A stretch of 64,000 bases of DNA from an uncultured Spirochaetota bacterium (GTDB taxonomy: Bacteria; Spirochaetota; Spirochaetia; SZUA-6; Fen-1364): assembly GCA_963734545.1 (NCBI GenBank), contig CAVTHO010000008.1:320001-384000 (forward strand), given 5' to 3'. The notes beneath the pieces were generated by a model. It was not told the origin of the DNA. It searched no databases and worked only from the letters and a program-made list of their open reading frames with translations. Below are positions 1-10,262 of the stretch, piece after piece. Position numbers and translations under genes: made by a program. Position 1 is the first letter of the stretch, and each line of letters begins with the position of its first letter.

Positions 1-1
1 T

Positions 2-769
2 CGCGGACTGACTGCCGATCACCTCCTCGCGTGTCCGCCCGGTGAGCTCCAGGAACTTGCGGTTGACGTCGATCACTTCCCATCCGTCCAGCCGCATACG
101 GAACATGCCCACTTCCGCGTTCTCGAACAGGTCGTGGAATTTCTTCTCACTCTCCCGCAGCGCATCCTCCGCGCGTTTCAGCTCGGTCCGGCCCCGATGG
201 TCCTTCACGCTCAGTGTTTCCTGGTACAGGCCGAAGATCGACACCACGATGGCCATTGCAGCGGGATTGCTGATCAGCCATACGCGCTCCGTCTGCGTCA
301 GGACCTCCCCTGCGGCCGCGACAGAGATGCTCATTGCAGCCAGAGGCGGGACAATGATGGCAAAGAGGTACTTGCGTGCCCCTCCGGCGAACACGAAATC
401 GGCGAAGATGCAGACCAGGAGGGAGGAGATCAACGCGGTCTTCCCGAACTGGGGGAACTCCGGCCGGGTCGCCAGCTCGGCGCTGATCCCGCACATCATG
501 ATGATCAGGCCGGAGAGCTGCACGATGTGCAAAGGGACCGCCAGATGCGGGTGCCGGGGGAACGCGAAGAGGGCATAGGGAAGGAAGAAGAAAGCAGGAA
601 CGAGCGCCCCGATCCTCCAGCCGATGATTCCATGAAGAGAGGGTGTCACGTGGTCGATATACATGAAGACGAGCACCAGCGGCACGAGCAGCAGGCTCAT
701 GACCAGGCCGATATTCCGGGTTTTCGTGCTCGTTTCAAATGAGTAGGAAGAGTCGCTTTCCATGTCCAT
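2..769 (-). CDS. Membrane sensor with PAS domain, probably a histidine kinase or similar signalling protein (runs off the left edge)
   Basis: Manual translation from the ATG at 769 gives MDMESDSSYSFETS..., several hydrophobic helices, then EKKFHDLFENAEVGMFRMRLDGWEVIDVNRKFLELTGRTREEVIG, a typical PAS S-box start. The output domain lies outside the window. Confidence 0.75.
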   Translation of the reverse strand, partial: MDMESDSSYSFETSTKTRNIGLVMSLLLVPLVLVFMYIDHVTPSLHGIIGWRIGALVPAFFFLPYALFAFPRHPHLAVPLHIVQLSGLIIMMCGISAELATRPEFPQFGKTALISSLLVCIFADFVFAGGARKYLFAIIVPPLAAMSISVAAAGEVLTQTERVWLISNPAAMAIVVSIFGLYQETLSVKDHRGRTELKRAEDALRESEKKFHDLFENAEVGMFRMRLDGWEVIDVNRKFLELTGRTREEVIGSQSA

Positions 770-886
770 CCCTTTTTGGTCCGCCTCGGCTGCTTATTAC
801 GGGTAGAGTGAAGCAGATGAATATATCATAGCGCGCATAATGTGCCGAGCGGGTTGGTTGGCCTGACGGGGTCGGGCCGCTCTTTG

Positions 887-1810
887 CTATCCCGAGTTCC
901 GTGTCCCCCGCATCAATCGGTGGATGAGCTGATAGCGGGTCTTGATTCCCATCTTCTCGAACACGTTGTGAAGGTGCTTCTTCACCGTGGGCACGGAAAT
1001 GAAAAGCTTCTCCCCGATCGCCAGGTTGCTTGCCCCGGACGCGACGAGCTCCATGACCTCGATCTCGCGGTCCGAGAGGCCGTATTGGCCCCGCCTCAGA
1101 GGCGCGATGTCCGGCACGTTGCCCGCCGGGGCCGCCGCGGCCTGGCCGTAGTATCGAAGGAAATACCGGGCGAAGCAGACTCCCTGAAAGCAGTAGAAAA
1201 GCGGAAAGGTGACGAGCTGCACGGGCACGGGCCCCGCGACCGGCAGGAGATACTGCTCGAAGAAGAGGGGAAGGAATATGAGGGGCGTGAACACGGAAAG
1301 GCCCACGATCATGATGCGCGCAAAACCTCTCTCCCTGATCTCTGCGTTCTTCAGGGAGACGATGCTGACGACGAGGGAATACACGCTTGCCGCCGCCAGG
1401 AGAATATACGCGGGTCCGTTCGACTGGCCTTCCGGGAAGGCATTGAAAATGAGAAGGCCGAGCGCCAGCGAATAGAAGATCCACTCCACGAACACGAGCC
1501 GCCGGGAAGAATACAACCGGTCCATGAGAGAGACGATGGTGCAGGAGAAGAAAAGGGTCGTCCAGATATCGATCCTCTCCACCGTGCGGGCGAGCGCAGG
1601 ATCCGCCAGATTCACGACGATGTAGACGTTGAGGCCCGACAAGACGACCTTGAGCGTGAATGCGAGGTAGAACACCGCGTACGTCAAAATGAGCCTCGCG
1701 CGGGTCCGGAAATACACGATCGAGATGACGATCAACGCTGCGAAACCGACGGTGTAAATGAGAAGAAAGTAGAGAAACAGGACATGAGGCACGAGCGGTA
1801 CCTGCTCCAT
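887..1810 (-). CDS. LuxR/NarL-type HTH regulator with a multi-TM N-terminal sensor region
   Basis: C-terminal GLSDREIEVMELVASGASNLAIGEKLFISVPTVKKHLHNVFEKMGI is a LuxR HTH, preceded by about 7 TM segments. Start trimmed to MEQVPL. Confidence 0.85.
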   Translation of the reverse strand: MEQVPLVPHVLFLYFLLIYTVGFAALIVISIVYFRTRARLILTYAVFYLAFTLKVVLSGLNVYIVVNLADPALARTVERIDIWTTLFFSCTIVSLMDRLYSSRRLVFVEWIFYSLALGLLIFNAFPEGQSNGPAYILLAAASVYSLVVSIVSLKNAEIRERGFARIMIVGLSVFTPLIFLPLFFEQYLLPVAGPVPVQLVTFPLFYCFQGVCFARYFLRYYGQAAAAPAGNVPDIAPLRRGQYGLSDREIEVMELVASGASNLAIGEKLFISVPTVKKHLHNVFEKMGIKTRYQLIHRLMRGTRNSG

Positions 1811-1812
1811 CC

Positions 1813-1840
1813 GAAGTATACCCGGAAGTATACCTAGGTA
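1813..1840. promoter_or_regulatory. Putative operator between the divergent LuxR and 4Fe-4S genes
   Basis: GAAGTATACC direct repeat at 1813 and 1825, overlapping the palindrome TACCTAGGTA at 1831-1840. Confidence 0.45.
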
Positions 1841-1930
1841 GTCTTGTGATCCGGTGCGGGATTGGCAATGTTTATACCACGAAAATCGGCGCGGATCAAT
1901 GACGCGCACGCCAGCCGGGGAGGAGATCGT

Positions 1931-2920
1931 GTGAAGAAATATGCGCTCATGGTCAGCAGTCTCGTCCTGTTCTATTCCATTGCCGTCGGATTCTGGCTCC
2001 TCTTTGATCAGATCTTCTATCTCTACAACTTCGCGATCATCGGCACTTCCATCGGGGTCAGCCTGGGCCTCTGGCCGATCCTGCCGAAGAACAGGAAGCA
2101 CATCGCACGAAAACTCTGCCAGGTCCTCGTGGGCGGGTACATGTTCATCGGGCTCGGCCTGGGATTCGTCTACCTCGGATTCGGCGTCATTCGGCCTGAA
2201 AACATGCAGATCGAGGGGTTCTGGTTTCTCCTCCTGGGCGGAATGTTCGCGGCTTCAGTCATGCACTACACAATCGCCAAAATCGCAGGGCCATTCCTCT
2301 CCGGCAGGACCTGGTGCGGCTGGGCCTGCTGGACGGCGGGTATCCTGGATATCCTCCCGTGGCAGAGAAGCCCGGGCAGGCTGCACTCCCGCTGGGGATT
2401 CGTTCGATACGTCATCTTTCTCCTCAGCGCCGGGCTCGTATTCCTTCTTGTCTACGCGGGCCAGTACACCGCTCGCTCCACCGCGGGGATCGTGGACCTG
2501 ACAGGAATGAACCATCGCGAGTTCGTCTACAGGAACCTCTTCTTCATCCCCGAGTTCTGGTGGTTTGCGGCAGGCAACCTCGTCTACTATCTCGCAGGCC
2601 TTGTCTCGGCTGCCGTCCTCAAGGACAATCGCGCATTCTGCAAATACGTCTGCCCGATCACCGCGTTCCTCAAGGTGGGCACCCGTTTCGCCCTCCTGCG
2701 GATCGGGGCGAAGGAGGGGTGCACCGGGTGCGGAAAATGCGATTCACTCTGTCCCATGGATGTAAGGATCAGCGAGTACGTCATGAAGGGCACACGGGTC
2801 ACGTCCACAGAATGCATCCTCTGCATGACGTGCGTGAACACCTGTCCGCGCAACGTCCTCGCGCCGTCATTCCGGTTGGACATGGCAACGAGGGAGCGTC
2901 TCAGGAAAATCAGTGAGTGA
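1931..2920 (+). CDS. Membrane 4Fe-4S binding protein (NapH/MauN-like polyferredoxin)
   Basis: GTG start after AGGAGA; TM helices; GRTWCGWAC, FCKYVCP, CTGCGKCDSLCPM and ECILCMTCVNTCP motifs. Confidence 0.85.
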   Translation: MKKYALMVSSLVLFYSIAVGFWLLFDQIFYLYNFAIIGTSIGVSLGLWPILPKNRKHIARKLCQVLVGGYMFIGLGLGFVYLGFGVIRPENMQIEGFWFLLLGGMFAASVMHYTIAKIAGPFLSGRTWCGWACWTAGILDILPWQRSPGRLHSRWGFVRYVIFLLSAGLVFLLVYAGQYTARSTAGIVDLTGMNHREFVYRNLFFIPEFWWFAAGNLVYYLAGLVSAAVLKDNRAFCKYVCPITAFLKVGTRFALLRIGAKEGCTGCGKCDSLCPMDVRISEYVMKGTRVTSTECILCMTCVNTCPRNVLAPSFRLDMATRERLRKISE

Positions 2921-2938
2921 TGCGCGTTCCCCTCACCT

Positions 2939-3427
2939 TCAGAACGACCCCTTCCGCAGATCGATGCCGTATTGAAGGTATGCCTTCAGGCAGCAGCTCA
3001 TGTGCATCCAGCCCGAACAGTTCTGATAGGACCCCTGCAGACCGCCCTCCGTGGACCGCCACCCGCTTTCGGTGATCTTGACGAGCGTTTCGTTGTCATT
3101 GAGGGCGTCAAAGGCTATTTCCACGGTATTGTCGTACCCGGCGGGCCGGGGCACCGTGCCGGCCTGTGCGTCGTATACGCCTTCGCTCGCTTCCCAGGCG
3201 AACCTGATCAGCTTGTTCTGCACGGTTTTCTGCACTTTCACCGGCACGGTGATCGTCCGGCCGGCAACCTCACCGAAAGTCCAGTGAACCGTCGTGCCCT
3301 CCACCAGGGCCCCGCTGGACCCGGCATTGGTAAAGTACGCGCTGAGCGTGCGGGGATTGTACACCGCGTCGAACACCTCGTTCACGGGCTTCTGGATTTT
3401 CGTCTGGACGGAGAATTTCAGTTCCAT
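2939..3427 (-). CDS. SRPBCC/AHSA1 domain protein
   Basis: IQKPVNEVFDAVYNP...IRFAWE...TLVKITESGW...GWMHMSCCLKAYL; GAGGAGG RBS. Confidence 0.85.
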   Translation of the reverse strand: MELKFSVQTKIQKPVNEVFDAVYNPRTLSAYFTNAGSSGALVEGTTVHWTFGEVAGRTITVPVKVQKTVQNKLIRFAWEASEGVYDAQAGTVPRPAGYDNTVEIAFDALNDNETLVKITESGWRSTEGGLQGSYQNCSGWMHMSCCLKAYLQYGIDLRKGSF

Positions 3428-3477
3428 TCGCGCTTCCTCCTCTTGACCTCTCAACGGCGGACCCGCGAAGGCGGGAA

Positions 3478-3753
3478 ATGCTCGATCTGCTGAAGACGAA
3501 GGCCCGTACGACCGGCCAGCTCTGTGCGCACTTCCAGACGCTGGACCGCTGCACGGTGATGCAGCATCTCGGCGTGCTCGAAAGGGCGGATCTCGTCATC
3601 GCGCAGCGTGCCGGTCGTGTGCGCTGGAACTACCTCAATCCTCTTCCCCTCCAGGAGGTGCACGACCGCTGGATCAGCCGCCATGCGGTCCCTGCCGTCG
3701 ACCTGCTTGCCAGGATGAAACAGGGCATCGAAGGACAGGGATCCCCGGACTGA
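3478..3753 (+). CDS. ArsR/SmtB family HTH regulator, possibly 5'-truncated
   Basis: MLDLLK...TTGQLCAHF..LDRCTVMQHLGVLERADLV...GRVRWNYLNPLPL. The in-frame sequence upstream reads ADPRRRE. Confidence 0.75.
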   Translation: MLDLLKTKARTTGQLCAHFQTLDRCTVMQHLGVLERADLVIAQRAGRVRWNYLNPLPLQEVHDRWISRHAVPAVDLLARMKQGIEGQGSPD

Positions 3754-3859
3754 TGGGGCGGCCGCGACTGTGAAGGAGTACTACAGCCTTTCCTGGCAGG
3801 AGCGACCGAGATGAACGCGCCGGCGCGGGATCTCTGAGCGCGGATCGACGCCTGCCGCT

Positions 3860-4558
3860 CTACGTGTCCCCCACCAGGAAGCGTACGCCAGCCTCCACGT
3901 GCGCATCCATGCTGTCGATGCGGGGGACGGTCAGATCCTCCTGCTGGACGATCAGGGGAAGCTCGGTGCATCCCAGGATGATCCCCTGTGCGCCGCGCGC
4001 CGCCAGCCGACGTGCTTCTTCACGCACAAATGCGCGGGAGGCATCCAGGAACTTTCCCTCGCACAGCTCCGTGAAGATGATGGCGTTGATCTTCGCCCGC
4101 TCTTCCTCCGCGGGAATGAGGGACTCGATTCCGAACCTTTCGCTCAGTCTCTTGCGATAGAAGTCCTTCTCCATGGAATATCGGGTACCCAGAAGGCCCA
4201 CCGTACCCAGGGAAAGCGAGCCGATCCTTACCCCCACTGCGTCCGCAATGTGCAGGAGCGGCAGGCAGGCGGCGTCCTCGATTTCATCCGCGAACACATG
4301 CATGGTATTGGAGGCGACAAGGATTGCATCTGCCCCTGCCGCCGCCAGGCGCTTCGCCTCGGTCACAAGGACAGTCTTCACCGCCGCCCAGTCTCCGTCC
4401 GCCATGGAGTCAGACAGCCCCTGGAAATCGATGGAGCTCACCACGAGACGCGCAGAGTGCAGCCCGCCCAATTCCCTGCGGATCCCTTCGTTGAGGAGCC
4501 GGTAGTACTCGAGCGTGGAGACCCAGCTCATGCCACCCAGGATGCCCAGTGTTCTCAT
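3860..4558 (-). CDS. Aspartate/glutamate racemase family protein
   Basis: MRTLGILGGMSWVST, ASNTMH and ILGCTELP motifs. Confidence 0.9.
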   Translation of the reverse strand: MRTLGILGGMSWVSTLEYYRLLNEGIRRELGGLHSARLVVSSIDFQGLSDSMADGDWAAVKTVLVTEAKRLAAAGADAILVASNTMHVFADEIEDAACLPLLHIADAVGVRIGSLSLGTVGLLGTRYSMEKDFYRKRLSERFGIESLIPAEEERAKINAIIFTELCEGKFLDASRAFVREEARRLAARGAQGIILGCTELPLIVQQEDLTVPRIDSMDAHVEAGVRFLVGDT

Positions 4559-4589
4559 ACCGTTTCCGCCTTCCGCAAAGCTTCCTCGC

Positions 4590-5375
4590 TCAGTCCACCT
4601 GCGCACCGGCAGTCACGTTGGCCACCGTTGCGGTCATAGCCCGGGCAAAGTCGGAAGCCAGCAGGACCACTGCATCCGCGACCTCGGCGAGGCTGGAAAG
4701 ATGCCGGAGGGGCGTCCCTGAACCGGCTCTGCGTTCGAACTCCTCGAGCGTGATCCCCTGCGCCGCCGCATGGATTTGGAACACTTCCCTCAGGCCGGGC
4801 GAGTCGGGCGAGCCCGGTGAGCGCACACAGCATGCCCGCACGCCGAACGGTCCGTTTTCCACCGCGAGATGACGGATGAAGTGCTCGATTGCCCCTGAGG
4901 CCACGCCGAATCCGCCCACGTTGCCGTACGCCTCCCGGGCCGCGTTTGCCGATATTCCGATGATGACCCCGCCCCCGTTTGCCGCCATGTGGCGCGCGAC
5001 GGCTGTCCCTGTGGTGAACCAGGTCTGCATGGCCTTGAGTATCGGCTCGATGAAGCGCGTGCGGTCGAGCTCCGTGAGCGGTATGCCCTGGGTGTCTTCA
5101 AGACCGACGGAATTGAACATGATCTTCACCGGCCCTGCACTCGCGACGATGCGTTCCAGGTGCGCGGCGACGGCTGCTTCGTCCACGGCATCTACGGGGG
5201 CGACATGCGATATGCCGCCTGAGCTGCTGATGGCCGCAGCCACCCTTTCAAGCGGCTCGCGCGTTCGGCCTGAGAGAAACACCCGGGCGCCCTGCCCGGC
5301 AAGCGCCTTTGCCACGGCGCCGCCAACGGCGCCTCCCGCGCCATACACGATGGCATTCCTGTCCTTCAGCAGCAT
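4590..5375 (-). CDS. SDR family oxidoreductase
   Basis: AIVYGAGGAVG Rossmann motif; C-terminal VANVTAGA. Confidence 0.85.
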   Translation of the reverse strand: MLLKDRNAIVYGAGGAVGGAVAKALAGQGARVFLSGRTREPLERVAAAISSSGGISHVAPVDAVDEAAVAAHLERIVASAGPVKIMFNSVGLEDTQGIPLTELDRTRFIEPILKAMQTWFTTGTAVARHMAANGGGVIIGISANAAREAYGNVGGFGVASGAIEHFIRHLAVENGPFGVRACCVRSPGSPDSPGLREVFQIHAAAQGITLEEFERRAGSGTPLRHLSSLAEVADAVVLLASDFARAMTATVANVTAGAQVD

Positions 5376-5454
5376 CTCATACCTCTCCTCGGTCAGAATG
5401 GCGTCCCTAATATAACGGCACGGGAACGATGAGTGAGAGTGCGGCTGCGACAAT

Positions 5455-6051
5455 TCAAGGGGCTGACCGCGCCAACCGCAGCTCGAGAAGTTTTTTCACA
5501 TCGGGCCATTCGCTCGCCAGGATGCTATACATGACGGTGTCACGCACCGACCCGTCCCGGCGTGCCCTATGGTGGCGAATGACGCCGTCTTTCCTGGCGC
5601 CCAGGCCCTCGATTGCCCGCTGCGAGGTACGATTGTAGAAGTCGGTGCGCAAGCCGACCACCTTGCACCCGAGGCCTTCGAACGCATGACCGAGCAGCAG
5701 CCGCTTACAGCCCGTGTTGACATGGGTGCGCTGCCAGCTCTTTGCGTACCAGGTGTAGCCGATCTCGACGCGATCGATCGAGGCGACGATGTCGTGGTAG
5801 CGTGTGCTGCCGACTATCGCGCCGGTCGAGAGTTCCCGCACCGCCCACGGCAGCATGTGGCCGGCCTCCTGCCCCGCAAGCGCCTCCGCAATGTAGGCGT
5901 GTGTCTGCCCGGGCTCCGGTACTACGGTGAACCACAACTCCCAGAGCATGCCGTCCGCCGCAGCGGCAGCCAGCCCGTCATGATGCGTGTGAGAGAGGGG
6001 TTCCAGCCGGACGCCGTGCCCTTCGAGCGTCAGAGGCTGAATCTGGATCAT
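5455..6051 (-). CDS. GNAT family N-acetyltransferase (RimJ/RimL-like)
   Basis: VEIGYTWY...HVNTGCKRLLL...NRTSQRAIEGLGARKDG...RDTVMYSILASEWP. Confidence 0.9.
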   Translation of the reverse strand: MIQIQPLTLEGHGVRLEPLSHTHHDGLAAAAADGMLWELWFTVVPEPGQTHAYIAEALAGQEAGHMLPWAVRELSTGAIVGSTRYHDIVASIDRVEIGYTWYAKSWQRTHVNTGCKRLLLGHAFEGLGCKVVGLRTDFYNRTSQRAIEGLGARKDGVIRHHRARRDGSVRDTVMYSILASEWPDVKKLLELRLARSAP

Positions 6052-6204
6052 ACTTGTTGTAGAAAATGGGCAGGATGCGGGCAAAGGTCAAGCATGGATT
6101 TCCACGAAAGGACTGGCGTCTTACGCGAAGCTCGGTGATGTGGTAGCGTTCGTCTTGAGAGGTTGGTGGCATCCATTCATGTTGCTCAAGAAAAGGAGCA
6201 TTCT

Positions 6205-7314
6205 ATGGCAGTCACTGTTGAGAAAGTCATAACGAAAAGGCAGATACGGGAGTTCATAAGGTTTCCGTATGCTTTGTACAAGAATGACCACAATTGGGTC
6301 CCCCCGCTGCTGATGGATGACTACCGAAAGATCAACCGAAGGAAGCATCCCTTCTACCAGCATGCAGAAGCAGAGTTTTTCCTTGCCCGCAAGGACGGAG
6401 CGGCTGCAGGCCGGATAGCGGCTATCCATGACACGATCTGGGAGCAGACACACAAGGAAAAGGCAGCGTACTGGGGGTGGTTCGAGTGCAGGGAAGACCA
6501 TGCAGTGGCACAACAGCTCTTCGACGCAGCTTTGGACTGGGCGCGCGGGAGGGGCTGCACGCGCATCATCGGTCCCATGTCGCCGAATGCAAACGACTAC
6601 ATCGGCTGTCAGATCGAGGGTTTCGAAGGATCGCCCGTCCTGTTCATGACCTACAACCCGGCATACTATGACCGGCTCATCCAGGGCTGCGGAAACCGCA
6701 AATGGAAGGATCTCGTCGCATGGCTGGTCGGACAGGATGCACCCGAGCGGCTGGCAAGGATCATGCCGCGCGTCGAGGCAAAGGGCGGATTTACCCTGAG
6801 AACGGTGAACATGAAGGACTTCAGGGGCGAGCTTGAGCGTTTCAATGACCTGTATAACCAGTTCGAGCAGGTGAACGCTGTTTTCACTCCCATGACGCCG
6901 GCGGAGGTCGACCTCATTGCCAAGGACCTGAAGATGGCGATCGACCCTGAGCTTGTCTTTTTTGCCGAAGTGGACGGGAAGCCGGTCGGAGTATCGCTGT
7001 CCGTTCCAGACTTCAACGTGGCCTTCAAGGCGGCTTATGGTCGCCTCTTCCCCTTCGGTCTTTTCCGTCTTCTTGCTGCGCGGAAGCGGATCCCCATCAT
7101 TCGGACGATCAGCATGGGGGTTCTCCAGGACTACCGGAATCGTGGTATCGACCTGTCCTTCTACTACAACACGTTTGTCAATGGAAAGCGGAAAGGATAC
7201 AAGGGGGCCGAATTGTCCTGGGTGGAAGAAGACAACGTGGCAATGACCAATACTGCGACAAAGATCGGCGCCACTCCGTATCGCAAATACAGGGTCTACG
7301 AGCAGGCACTCTAG
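6205..7314 (+). CDS. Tandem-GNAT N-acetyltransferase family protein
   Basis: FIRFPYALY..D.NWVPPL, GRIAAI, WGWFEC, YNPAYY, AELSWVEEDN, YRKYRVYE; AAGGAG RBS. Confidence 0.8.
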   Translation: MAVTVEKVITKRQIREFIRFPYALYKNDHNWVPPLLMDDYRKINRRKHPFYQHAEAEFFLARKDGAAAGRIAAIHDTIWEQTHKEKAAYWGWFECREDHAVAQQLFDAALDWARGRGCTRIIGPMSPNANDYIGCQIEGFEGSPVLFMTYNPAYYDRLIQGCGNRKWKDLVAWLVGQDAPERLARIMPRVEAKGGFTLRTVNMKDFRGELERFNDLYNQFEQVNAVFTPMTPAEVDLIAKDLKMAIDPELVFFAEVDGKPVGVSLSVPDFNVAFKAAYGRLFPFGLFRLLAARKRIPIIRTISMGVLQDYRNRGIDLSFYYNTFVNGKRKGYKGAELSWVEEDNVAMTNTATKIGATPYRKYRVYEQAL

Positions 7315-7377
7315 GAGGACTCCTCGACGAGTGGGTGATTCTTCAGTCTTTCTTTCACGGCAGGTGACTGCGCTGAC

Positions 7378-7405
7378 TTGACTTCCCCCCGGCCAATGAT
7401 ATGAT
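7378..7405 (+). promoter_or_regulatory. Sigma70-type promoter of the sugar ABC operon
   Basis: TTGACT (7378) - 16 bp - TATGAT (7400), with TG giving an extended -10. Confidence 0.55.
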
Positions 7406-7665
7406 AGAGGCCCTGAATGTGAGAGGAAGGATGAGAAACCCTGTGCTTCCTCGGAACGGCAACTCCCATCTTACCGACCGTCTGAACGTTCTCGAATACG
7501 CCGGATAACCATCGCTCGATTTTGGATCGGGTCGATCGGGAGTCCGTGCCGGGGCGCATGAGGAAGGAGGTGATGCGGGCCATCGAAAGAGGGGCGTGAG
7601 AGCGGCGACATGCCGTCTCGCGCGCGTTTCCAGAACGTCATCCCATTCATACAGGAGGCTGAAAG

Positions 7666-9295
7666 ATGAGAAGGTTCGTGGTATTCGCATGTGTCATCGC
7701 TGTCCTCTGTCTGGGAGCGGCTGGCGCGGGGTGGGCCCAGATGATCAGCGGCTTCCCGACGACCAGCCAGCAGGAAGCGGATACGGCCCAGGCCGCCTTC
7801 GATAAGGCTGACAAAGGCAATCCCGATCCCGCCTGGAAAGGGGAAAAGTTCACCATCGGGGTGTACTCGGCGGGCCAGCGCGGCGCCATCTCGGGCCCGT
7901 GCTATTTCTGGAGAAACAAGTTCGAGGAGTTGACGGGGGCCACGTACGACATCGTGGAGATCCCTTTCGCCGAAATGAGAGAGAAGGTATTCACGGACAT
8001 GCAGACAGGGACCGGGCAGGTACGACATCCTCATCAACTGCTCCACCTTCTACGGCGACTACATTGCCAACGATTGGATCCTCCCCCTGGATAAATACTT
8101 CAGCGATCCGAGAATGCCGAAGTGGGACCGGGATTCGATCTCTCCCGCGGTCGCCAGCCTTTACAAGTGGGGCAACCACTGGTATGGGAGCAACAACGAC
8201 CACGACGCCCAGGTCCTGTATTTCCGCAAGGACATCATCGGTGACCCGAAGTGGCAGGCAGCGTTCAAGAAGGAAGTCGGACACGCCATGCCGGTGAAGA
8301 TGGACACCTGGGACGATGTGTACGAGATCTGCAAGTTCTTCAACGGGAAGGACTGGAACGGCGACGGCAAGCCTGACCACGGAATCTCGCTGCACCTGAA
8401 GGTCGGCGGCCAGGGTTTCTTCCATTTCATGGCTCTTTCCGCTCCTTACGTGGTCATCCCGTACCCCGGCAAGCCCATCACAAAGGTTGACCGGTACCAC
8501 AATGTGTACTGGTTCGACCCGGTGACCATGGAGCCTCTCATCAACTCTCCCGGTCACGTGGCAGCCCTCGAGATGCTCATCAAGCTGTCGAAAACCGGTA
8601 CCCCGGCCATGTGGGGCTGGAGCCTCGGCGAAGCATGGGCTGACTTCCTCTCGGGCAAAGCCATTGCAACGTTCTCCTGGGGGGACGTCGGGTCGCTTGC
8701 GGAAGACCCCACGCAGTCAGTGATCACGGGCAAGCTGGGAGCGCGCGGAATACCCGGTACCAGGTTCCCCTATGACATGCAGCAGAAGAAGTTCCTGAAG
8801 CTCGACAAGCCGAACATGGTCGGCAACCAGGTAGGATGCTCGTGGCACCCGGTGCTTTCGAAGTTTTCGAAGAATCCTGACCTGGCCTACTATTGGATGG
8901 CGTGGCAGGCAACGCCGGCCATCAACCACTGGAACGTGTACATGGGCTGGACCGGAGTCGATCCCGGAACCACGTACGACTGGTTCCCGCCGTACGGCAC
9001 GGCAACGGTGAAGGAGTACGTGGACGGAGGGTACAACGCGGACGACGCCAAGGCGTTCATCAACTCCTTCCAGGACAACTTCTACAACTACCCGATCTTC
9101 CAGAACTACATGCGCATCCCCGGCACCTCCGAAATGGACGAAATCTGGGACGTGCACCTGTCCGAGGCCATCACCGGCCAGGTCAGCGCCAAGGTCGCGC
9201 TGGACAGGACCGCTGCGGACTGGAAGCGCATCATCAATGACATAGGCAAGGCAGAGTCGCTGAAGCTCTACCAGGAGTCCATCGGATACAAGTAG
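7666..9295 (+). CDS. Sugar ABC transporter substrate-binding protein (frameshift near 8020, probably a sequencing error)
   Basis: Signal peptide. ORFs 7666-8094 and 8114-9295 join when one G is removed near 8020, giving ...TGQYDILINCSTF.... SBP motifs LYFRKDI, TWDDVYEICKFF and AKVALD. Confidence 0.85.
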
Positions 9296-9316
9296 GAGCT
9301 GCGCTCTTCACTCGAG

Positions 9317-9343
9317 GGGAGGGCCTCTCTCGGAGGCCCTCCC
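9317..9343 (+). terminator. Intercistronic stem-loop (mRNA stabiliser or partial terminator)
   Basis: Perfect 11-bp stem GGGAGGGCCTC/GAGGCCCTCCC with a 5-nt loop, between the SBP and permease genes. Confidence 0.6.
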
Positions 9344-9377
9344 TCTCTCATGCGGGTTCCGAGAGAAAGGGGTCAGG

Positions 9378-10250
9378 ATGAAGAGAGAGCCAGTGAAGTT
9401 CCTGTTCGTCGTTCCCGGCATCGCCTGGGTGCTGGTGTTCACCCTGTTCCCGCTTCTGTACTCCCTGCGGCTTGCCTTTATGAAAGCGCGCCTCACCGGG
9501 CCTCAGAGCTTCATCTGGTTCTCCAACTTCGGCCAGGCCTTCAGCGACTATCGATTCTGGACCGTGCTGCAGACCACCGTGTTCTTCGTCGTCTTCGATG
9601 TGGCCGTCAGTGTTGCCCTGGGCCTCATCCTGGCACTTCTCTTCTCCCGCCCTCTGAGAAAGGCGCTGGCAGGAAGCAGGTTCTTCCGCAGCCTCTTCAC
9701 CATGCCTATGTTCACCGCTCCCATCGCCCTGGGCTATTTGGGGCTGACGATCTTCCACGAGGACGTGGGAGCGGTGAACACCGTGCTGAAAGCCCTGGGC
9801 ATGATCGATGCCCCGCGCTGGTTCTCCAGCGTGTGGCTGGCCCGGTTTGCCATCTCCATCGTCGATATCTGGCAGTGGACCCCCTTCTGCTTCCTGGTGC
9901 TGCTGGCAGGGCTGCAATCCCTGCCCGAGGAGGTCTACGAGGCGGCCGTGCTTGACACATCCTCCGGGTGGCAGATGTTCAGAAAGATCACCTTTCCCAT
10001 GCTGGGCCCGGTGCTTTTCACCGTGATCATCCTGCGGGTGGTGGAGACCTTCAAGCTGCTGGATATTCCCTTCGCCCTGACATCCGGGGGACCCGGCATG
10101 GCAACCCAGACCTACAGTTTTTTCATCTACCTCACGGGCTTGCGCAACTTCAATTCCGGCTACGCCTCGGCGCTGGCCTACATCCTGCTGGTCATCATGC
10201 TGCTGATCAGCTCCTTTTTCTTCCGACGGCTTCGGGCCAACTACGATTGA
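9378..10250 (+). CDS. Sugar ABC transporter permease (MalF/UgpA-like)
   Basis: WQWTPFCFLVLLAGLQSLPEEVYEAAVLD EAA motif; 6 TM. Confidence 0.92.
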   Translation: MKREPVKFLFVVPGIAWVLVFTLFPLLYSLRLAFMKARLTGPQSFIWFSNFGQAFSDYRFWTVLQTTVFFVVFDVAVSVALGLILALLFSRPLRKALAGSRFFRSLFTMPMFTAPIALGYLGLTIFHEDVGAVNTVLKALGMIDAPRWFSSVWLARFAISIVDIWQWTPFCFLVLLAGLQSLPEEVYEAAVLDTSSGWQMFRKITFPMLGPVLFTVIILRVVETFKLLDIPFALTSGGPGMATQTYSFFIYLTGLRNFNSGYASALAYILLVIMLLISSFFFRRLRANYD

Positions 10251-10262
10251 GGAGGCGCATCC

